Virus genome (UHGV): UHGV-0318153
Length of the DNA: 64,000 nucleotides
Strand: one strand, 5' to 3'
DNA from: a virus
Below the pieces are notes generated by a model, which saw only the letters and a list, made by a program, of their open reading frames with translations, did no database searches and was not told where the DNA came from. The translations under genes and the position numbers were made by a program. Positions 57,900-64,000 of this stretch are shown here, in pieces; within the stretch, counting starts at the first letter, position 1; each line of letters starts with the position of its first letter.

Positions 57900-58586
57900 T
57901 TATTTAATTAAATTATCTACAGGTGTTTCATTAGTTTCTCTAGGAACTTGAAGCATATTGCGTTTAAATATAACATCTTTAATACTACCAATCATATCTT
58001 CAGGAAGAAGAAATTCATTATCATCTAATTCATCATTATCTTTTATATAATCTCCTTCAACATCTATTGTTTCTGTTTGTATCAAATGTGGATATTCAAA
58101 TACACTTTCAATAATAATATTTTCAGCATTTCTTATATTATCATTATCTCCGTATATATAAATATAACCATTAACATAATCATAAACAGGAGTTTTACAA
58201 AAACCAGCTAAAAGATGATAAAATTTAGCAGTAGCTTCTTTTGCAAACGATATACTTCTATTACCATATCCAATAGTTCTAACAGATAAAAAAGGCATAC
58301 CATTGGTTAATCTAACAGGAGTAGGCACTTTATTCTTACTACGTTTAATAGCAGGAATTAATAATTCACCACTACCATAAACATCTCCATCAGGAACATC
58401 TATAATTTCTATTCTAAATCTTTGTTCTAGACCTTTGTCTATTACTCTGTTAGTACCATAACTTTTTCTTATTAATTCATTGCGAGTATGAATAATAGCT
58501 TGACGAATGTTACGTCTTAAAGGTACATTATTAGGTTGACCAACAGCATGAGTTATTTCACTAATTAATTGATTTAAAGTTGCCAT
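57900..58586 (-). CDS. hypothetical protein (~228 aa; start set at MATLNQ)
   Basis: the N-terminal 32 codons of the ATG-maximal ORF are low-complexity M/L/I and overlap the upstream element, so the internal start was preferred. Confidence 0.5.
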   Translation of the reverse strand: MATLNQLISEITHAVGQPNNVPLRRNIRQAIIHTRNELIRKSYGTNRVIDKGLEQRFRIEIIDVPDGDVYGSGELLIPAIKRSKNKVPTPVRLTNGMPFLSVRTIGYGNRSISFAKEATAKFYHLLAGFCKTPVYDYVNGYIYIYGDNDNIRNAENIIIESVFEYPHLIQTETIDVEGDYIKDNDELDDNEFLLPEDMIGSIKDVIFKRNMLQVPRETNETPVDNLIK

Positions 58587-58730
58587 ATCATCATGTATTA
58601 AGTTTATCACAAAACTATTATTGATAACGAATAACATTATGTCATTAACCATCATTAACAACATTAATAACATCATTATCAATATTATTATAAAATAAAA
58701 ATAATTGCTACTATCGCTGACGCATTCTCA

Positions 58731-58764
58731 GACTGTCTGACGGACTTTATCCAAATCGTGATAT
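58731..58764 (+). promoter_or_regulatory. conserved upstream element (GACTGTCTGACGGACTTTATCCAAATCGTGATAT)
   Basis: matches 41113-41146; preceded by a partial copy (gctgacgcat) at 58712-58721. Confidence 0.5.
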
Positions 58765-58927
58765 TTACATCATAACGATATACAAAATCGAACAGAGAGC
58801 CAAAAAATGCCCTCTACGTTGATGTTCGATATAATTTTGTATGTCAATCGGAATAAAATCATAGTCAGCCAATCGAGAAAATCATCATCAGCAATAATAG
58901 CAATTATATTATTATCACTACTAGTAG

Positions 58928-58949
58928 TTGTAGCTTGCCCGTAGGGAAG
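58928..58949 (-). repeat. dispersed element copy, B orientation, immediately 3' of the fibre-repeat gene stop
   Basis: ttgtagcttgcccgtagggaag. Confidence 0.9.
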
Positions 58950-58952
58950 TAC

Positions 58953-59414
58953 TTATGCCTTCATCTGCCCAGCAGCAGTCATAGCATCAATTATACTATC
59001 AATGGCAGTTTTAAGATTAGCAACGGTATCATCAGCAGGTTTAGCAACTTTTGCAGCTTGTTTAACAAGTCCTAATGTACTTTCAGTAGCAGCAGTATAA
59101 GTAGTATTAGTATCTGTCCAAGGAACATTAACAAACATTTTACCATTACTATCTAATTGTACAGCATAATTTTTACTAGCTGTTGTATATCCAATTTTAA
59201 CTCCACCGAGAGTTGTACTAGTAGCTTGAGTTAATGCTTTAAGTTCATCAAGTTTCTTTTTATCTTCTTTACTCATTAAACCATCTTCAGCTTGTGTGGC
59301 TTTATCAATACCAGCAGCTTTAGCAATTTTATCATAAATACTAATAAGACCAGCACGAACTTTAGTGCCATAAGGGATTGTTTCAACAAACTTAATAAAT
59401 TGTTTTCTTTCCAT
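58953..59414 (-). CDS. fibre-repeat-containing structural protein (153 aa)
   Basis: two ATxTTLGxVK repeats (ATSTTLGGVKIG / ATESTLGLVKQA) similar to phage tail-fibre repeat units; GC-elevated codons. Confidence 0.45.
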   Translation of the reverse strand: MERKQFIKFVETIPYGTKVRAGLISIYDKIAKAAGIDKATQAEDGLMSKEDKKKLDELKALTQATSTTLGGVKIGYTTASKNYAVQLDSNGKMFVNVPWTDTNTTYTAATESTLGLVKQAAKVAKPADDTVANLKTAIDSIIDAMTAAGQMKA

Positions 59415-59436
59415 AATTGTAAGTTTTAATGATTAA

Positions 59437-62400
59437 TTATTTAGTTATTACTGTTATTTTATTTGTATCAACATCAATAGATATAGAATATTTATCTGGA
59501 TTATCTACAGGTTTACCAGCTTTAGTAAATTGAATACCATTTTGCTCTATTAAATCTACTATATTTTTTGGTATTTCTTTTTCTTCATCAAATACTAATG
59601 TAGCCCAATAGAAAGGTTTACCATCTGTAGTACTTTCAATATAAAATCCATCATCTTTATCAGATTTCATAAATACAGCAACTCTATCATTTTTAGCAAC
59701 ATCGAAACTAAAAGAATTCGACATTACTATTTTAGGATTAACTCTATTTGCTTCAATAGTTGTTGCTGTTCTACTATTTGGTATTTCTGTAAAACTACCA
59801 TCTCCATTAATTTTAGCCCACCAAAATTCTACATTATTTACAGTAGATTGTTCGTTTCTAACAAGAAAACCGTATTCAGCACTTTCTACTTTTCCATCAA
59901 CAAGAAATTTATAATCTCCTTGTAATTTATCGGGGTCATAAGCTCCTGCATCTTGCCAGCTATTATCGTTTATAATATTTTTATCTCCGACTGTTTTTCC
60001 AATAGGAACTTTTGTGTCTGTACTATTACAAGTATATCTTAATGCAGCCATTCCTTTTGGAGTATAACAAGTAGTTTTTACATAACCTTTTTGATTTTCT
60101 ATAATTTTTGCATCATCATGTTCATTACTTATAATAAATACATGATTAAAACTTGGTGTTATATCTCCTTCAAAATCATTTAATATTAAACTAGTAGGTA
60201 TTTGAGATTCAATAGGATATAATATAATAGCAAATTCTTTAGCATCTGTTGGTATAGTTAATGAGCCTGATTTGGTATGTACTCCATTTATAACATCTTC
60301 TGTTATAAATATATCATCTGTAATTATCCAACCATTATTGAATACAGGTGAACTATTATTATAACTTAATACTTCTGGAGTAGGAGCTTCAAATTCATTA
60401 CCAATATATTTAAGTATAGATACTTTAAAAACATTATTTTTATCTGTAATTTTTACACTTGCTTTATATGTTTTTCCTTTACATAAATGAGTATCTATTT
60501 TATTATATCTTTTATAAATAGAAAATATAGGCAAATCAACACCATTATCTTTAATAATTAATTGATAATTATCAATTTTAATTTTAGCTTTTGATTTAAT
60601 GTTTATATGAACATTATCACCTAAATAAAAATCTTCATTGTCAGCTTCATATTCAGCTTTTGGATATATTAAATCTCTAGCTAAGTTTAGATTATTTACT
60701 CCATAATATTTATTATCAAAATTAATTCTATATCCTATAAATGTCATAAATGCAGCAAGAGCATTACCATAACCACTATCTTTTGTCATAGCTTGTAGCA
60801 TAATGCAAGATTTGCTTCCAATAGATATTAGTTCTTCATTAGCAAAATTACATTTAATACCAAAATGAACTCTAGTAAATGCTTTAGCTTGAATTTGTCC
60901 AAGATATAATTCTTTTCTTTCTTTATCACCTTGTTTATAATCAATTTGAACAAACATTGGGTTACCATATATATCTGTCATAAATTGATTATTATCATCC
61001 ATTAAACCAACTTGAATATTACCATCTTGTGTAACACCTGTTGCTGTTTCAAAAGGAGAACATTCAAAATAAACAGCAGCTAAAAAAGTAGTACCACCAC
61101 TAATATTAGGGCCATCTGTTGTAGATATATCTTGAATAACAAAAGATTTAGTATTTAAATCTTGATAAACAGCTTGTCCACCTTGAACTTTTAAATCACC
61201 AAAATATAATCTTTCTTTAGCATTTTTACTATTAATTAATTCATCTTCACCTAATGCAGCAAATATACCTTCTTCATTATCTTTAGAAGCAACAGACAAA
61301 TCAGCATCAATTATTTCGTTTCCTTCACTATCTTGACCAGCAGGAATAGCGGATATTCTAATACTACCATCAAGTGATTGTAGCATTTTAGATTTAAATG
61401 CTTTGTTCTGTATTTTATCTTTAAATACAAATGAAACATCTCCTAAAGCAATTCCTGTTTCATTAGCATCATCATCATGTTCAATGAATAATGGTTTTTT
61501 AAATTTTAAATTCTTTACTTCAGGAACAATATTTCCTTTTTCATCAGAAGTACCAATAGTAGAAACTTGAGTTTTAGCATGAGAAATAAATTCCCAACCT
61601 TGTTCATTCTTTAATGGAATAAAATATCCAGCATAGCTATTTTCTTTAAATATTATACTACTTTTAGTAGTAACACCTTCCATATGTTCTCCTTGAACTA
61701 CATCTATTTCAACACTACCTGTAGTTATACCTTTAGAATATAATACTTCAACCATAATTATTTGATTAGAAGTATAAGGAGGAAGAACTTGAGCAATATT
61801 TTGTCCTTCAGAAGTAATTTGATATACCATTAATAAAGTAGTTGCATCTTTAAATGGAGATTGTGTAAAATCTACAGCATTTACTTCTTCATATCTATTT
61901 GTATAAAATAAAGCTTTAATTTCATCAGCAGTTAATCCTTTAACAGCAGGATGTTGATTATTTTCTAAAGCAATAAAAGCTGAATTAGCTTTTAATAATC
62001 TATCAAAATTATCAGCTTTAACATTTGACAAATCAGCAGCAGCTAATTTAGCATCAATACCTTTATCATATAATTTAGCTAAATCAACATCTTCTAAATC
62101 ATTTTTAGCAAGATTAGCATTTTTAATTGCATTATCTAATTTTGTTGATAATTGTTTAACTATTTCTGCATCAACTTTATTAGATAATACTTTTGCTATT
62201 TCTGTTGATATATCATTTGGTAAATTATTATTAATAGCTTTTGTTACAGCATTTGTAACATCAACAGATAATTCATTTTGTATAATTGGAGAAACAATAC
62301 CTTTTAAATTCAAAGCTAAATATTTATCTACAATAGACTTTATTTCATTTGGGTCTATAGTTTGTGTAGCTATATCGTCTCCATATAATATAACATCAGC

Positions 62401-62745
62401 TATAGCATAATCTTGAAGATTACGAACATCAGCATTTGCTGTAATACTAATATCTAATTCTTGTTTAATGTATTTACCTAATATATCTTCTGGGGTTGTA
62501 AATCTATTACCTTCAATACTTACAGTTCCAGATTTAAAATTAGGAACAATATGCAATATAACTAAATTATATTTAATAACACAATTGGTTAATACACCTT
62601 TATTTATTTCAAATTCAAAAGGAGTATTTGGATTAGTATAAACTTTACCTTTAAAATGAATACTAGTAGGGTCTATAGGTAATCCATTATCTTTTCTAAA
62701 TTGCAAACCAATATATTGGTCACTAAGAGTTGCAATACTTTTCAT
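59437..62745 (-). CDS. large tail fibre/spike-like structural protein (1102 aa)
   Basis: long ORF adjacent to the fibre-repeat protein. Confidence 0.55.
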   Translation of the reverse strand: MKSIATLSDQYIGLQFRKDNGLPIDPTSIHFKGKVYTNPNTPFEFEINKGVLTNCVIKYNLVILHIVPNFKSGTVSIEGNRFTTPEDILGKYIKQELDISITANADVRNLQDYAIADVILYGDDIATQTIDPNEIKSIVDKYLALNLKGIVSPIIQNELSVDVTNAVTKAINNNLPNDISTEIAKVLSNKVDAEIVKQLSTKLDNAIKNANLAKNDLEDVDLAKLYDKGIDAKLAAADLSNVKADNFDRLLKANSAFIALENNQHPAVKGLTADEIKALFYTNRYEEVNAVDFTQSPFKDATTLLMVYQITSEGQNIAQVLPPYTSNQIIMVEVLYSKGITTGSVEIDVVQGEHMEGVTTKSSIIFKENSYAGYFIPLKNEQGWEFISHAKTQVSTIGTSDEKGNIVPEVKNLKFKKPLFIEHDDDANETGIALGDVSFVFKDKIQNKAFKSKMLQSLDGSIRISAIPAGQDSEGNEIIDADLSVASKDNEEGIFAALGEDELINSKNAKERLYFGDLKVQGGQAVYQDLNTKSFVIQDISTTDGPNISGGTTFLAAVYFECSPFETATGVTQDGNIQVGLMDDNNQFMTDIYGNPMFVQIDYKQGDKERKELYLGQIQAKAFTRVHFGIKCNFANEELISIGSKSCIMLQAMTKDSGYGNALAAFMTFIGYRINFDNKYYGVNNLNLARDLIYPKAEYEADNEDFYLGDNVHINIKSKAKIKIDNYQLIIKDNGVDLPIFSIYKRYNKIDTHLCKGKTYKASVKITDKNNVFKVSILKYIGNEFEAPTPEVLSYNNSSPVFNNGWIITDDIFITEDVINGVHTKSGSLTIPTDAKEFAIILYPIESQIPTSLILNDFEGDITPSFNHVFIISNEHDDAKIIENQKGYVKTTCYTPKGMAALRYTCNSTDTKVPIGKTVGDKNIINDNSWQDAGAYDPDKLQGDYKFLVDGKVESAEYGFLVRNEQSTVNNVEFWWAKINGDGSFTEIPNSRTATTIEANRVNPKIVMSNSFSFDVAKNDRVAVFMKSDKDDGFYIESTTDGKPFYWATLVFDEEKEIPKNIVDLIEQNGIQFTKAGKPVDNPDKYSISIDVDTNKITVITK

Positions 62746-62752
62746 AATAATA

Positions 62753-62977
62753 TTAAGATTTTGGCGTTAATTTTCCATTTATTTCATCTAACTTATCATT
62801 AATAGCTTTTATATCATCTTTAGTTGCAATATTATCCTTATTAGCTATTTTTGTTAATAATTTGATTACTTGTGTACAAAATACAGTCCAATTCATAATT
62901 ATAGCATTTAATTGATTAATACTAATATAATGATAAGTCATTGTAGCTTGCCCGTAGAGGAATACATGACTTATCAT
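62753..62977 (-). CDS. small hypothetical protein (74 aa) whose N-terminus is encoded by a repeat copy
   Basis: short ORF; may be spurious. Confidence 0.25.
   Translation of the reverse strand: MISHVFLYGQATMTYHYISINQLNAIIMNWTVFCTQVIKLLTKIANKDNIATKDDIKAINDKLDEINGKLTPKS
62941..62962 (-). repeat. dispersed element copy, B orientation
   Basis: ttgtagcttgcccgtagaggaa. Confidence 0.9.
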
Positions 62978-62988
62978 TACGCTTTTAC

Positions 62989-63339
62989 TTATTCACTTTT
63001 ATCATTAATAACTTCATCAACTTTTCTATAATTAATACCTAATTTATCACAAATAGGAGCAGCTAACCATTTCCAAAATACAGGAGCAAGAATAGCACTA
63101 TTTAATAACATTTTCATATCATCGTATCCTATTTTAATATAAACAGCACTAACTATACCAATACAAACAATCAATACTAGTCTTTTTTGCCATGCTGGAA
63201 CTTTTTTTCTACCATTCATATCATCAATGACTTTGATAATAAAATAAGTAAGTCCATTAATAGTAATCATAAAAGAAAAATCAAAGTTGTTTATTATCAA
63301 ATCTATTATCTTTTCTATCATAAAGCAAAACATAACCAA
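62989..63339 (-). CDS. small membrane protein (holin-like)
   Basis: hydrophobic segment VLIVCIGIVSAVYIKIG plus amphipathic C-terminus. Confidence 0.35.
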   Translation of the reverse strand: MVMFCFMIEKIIDLIINNFDFSFMITINGLTYFIIKVIDDMNGRKKVPAWQKRLVLIVCIGIVSAVYIKIGYDDMKMLLNSAILAPVFWKWLAAPICDKLGINYRKVDEVINDKSE

Positions 63340-63551
63340 ATTAATAAACCACCAAGAATAGCTGGAACAGCTCCATCTACTATTGATTTCAAATAAGTTT
63401 TATTATTATGTATGCCTTCATAAGCAGCACATCCAATAGCAACAAAACTAACAGGTATCATACAAGTAATTGTCATACCAAATGTAATTCCAAACAATGC
63501 AGCTACAGCTATCGCTATAATTGCATAAAGTAAATGAGTTTTTGTAATCAT
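63318..63551 (-). CDS. small 3-TM membrane protein (holin-like)
   Basis: 77 aa with three hydrophobic stretches. Confidence 0.4.
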   Translation of the reverse strand: MITKTHLLYAIIAIAVAALFGITFGMTITCMIPVSFVAIGCAAYEGIHNNKTYLKSIVDGAVPAILGGLLIWLCFAL

Positions 63552-63862
63552 AATTATAATATTAAGTTAATTATTAAAAGCATCTTAAGTAAGAACAATA
63601 GAAACAACTATAATATTAATTTCTGAATAGAATATTTCAGTTTGACGAATACAAGTTGTTATAGATTATTCAAATAAATTATATTCGAGAACAAAGAACT
63701 TATCGGATGGCTCATGGACAGTGTCTACAGCTAGTTATAACTTATATGCATATATTATTAGCTCTTCGTTTACTCTATCTATTGTTAAAGGACAAGATGG
63801 CAACGGGCTTATTAAAATCAATAGGCCTAATATTATAATCGAGTCCATTTAAACTATGATTA

Positions 63863-64000
63863 AAATTCTTTCCACTCTCCCCATGAATTACCACCATTAG
63901 AAGACATACGGGTAAACCGTTTATTGTCATATATGGACATTGCTATTTGCGTGTGATATTCACCTTGACTGAAATATAATAAATTCCCATAAGTGAATAA
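63863..64000 (-). CDS. 3' end of a gene running off the window (C-terminus ...SNGGNSWGEWKEF)
   Basis: open frame reaching the window edge; GC-richer than surroundings. Confidence 0.25.

Noticed and set aside
917-62962. Dispersed element as a CRISPR array or shufflon/invertase crossover sites
   Set aside because: It is not CRISPR: copies are not regularly spaced, occur in both orientations and sit inside long ORFs. Shufflon-like in-frame recombination sites are normally clustered in one tail-fibre locus beside a recombinase gene. Here copies span replication and structural genes and no recombinase or invertase gene is visible.
1-64000. tRNA genes
   Set aside because: No cloverleaf-compatible segment with a T-loop GTTCRANYC was seen in the ORF-free regions (1-620, 25924-26416, 27600-27995, 63552-63860). 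This was not searched exhaustively, so a tRNA cannot be fully excluded.
1-64000. Stop-codon recoding (TAG or TGA reassignment), as seen in some crAss-like lineages
   Set aside because: ORFs of 4340 and 1975 aa and all recognisable enzymes read through with the standard code. The enzymes end at plausible positions with TAA, TAG or TGA, so there is no evidence of reassignment in this window.

Overview
This is an AT-rich (roughly 28-30% GC) phage genome segment with two convergent gene blocks. Gene content and architecture resemble crAss-like (Crassvirales-type) phages of Bacteroidales, but that assignment is inferred, not searched. Positions 621-27429 (+ strand) hold a replication and nucleotide-metabolism module: SF1B Dda/PIF1-like helicase, family-B DNA polymerase, DnaG-like primase, ATP-dependent ligase, dNMP kinase, ThyX and dUTPase, plus many small ORFs. 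The polymerase gene is split by a group I intron that carries a GIY-YIG homing endonuclease. Positions 27996-63551 (- strand) hold giant ORFs of 4340 aa and 1975 aa, large tail-like structural proteins and two small holin-like membrane proteins. The 4340-aa ORF has a DFDVD motif and is probably a virion-packaged RNA polymerase. The 1975-aa ORF has an HExxH motif. The standard genetic code appears to be used. No tRNA, integrase, CRISPR array, terminase, portal or capsid gene was recognised. The most unusual feature is a GC-rich ~20-bp element, consensus TGTAGCTTGCCCGTAGAGGA(A/T) and reverse complement, present in about 27 copies in both orientations across the whole window. Most copies lie inside ORFs, read in several different reading frames; four sit as two inverted pairs in the intergenic region 25961-26144. 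A second conserved ~35-bp motif (TCTGACRGACTTTTATCAAAAAT..GATA) recurs 50-110 nt upstream of several gene starts and looks like a phage-specific promoter or operator.
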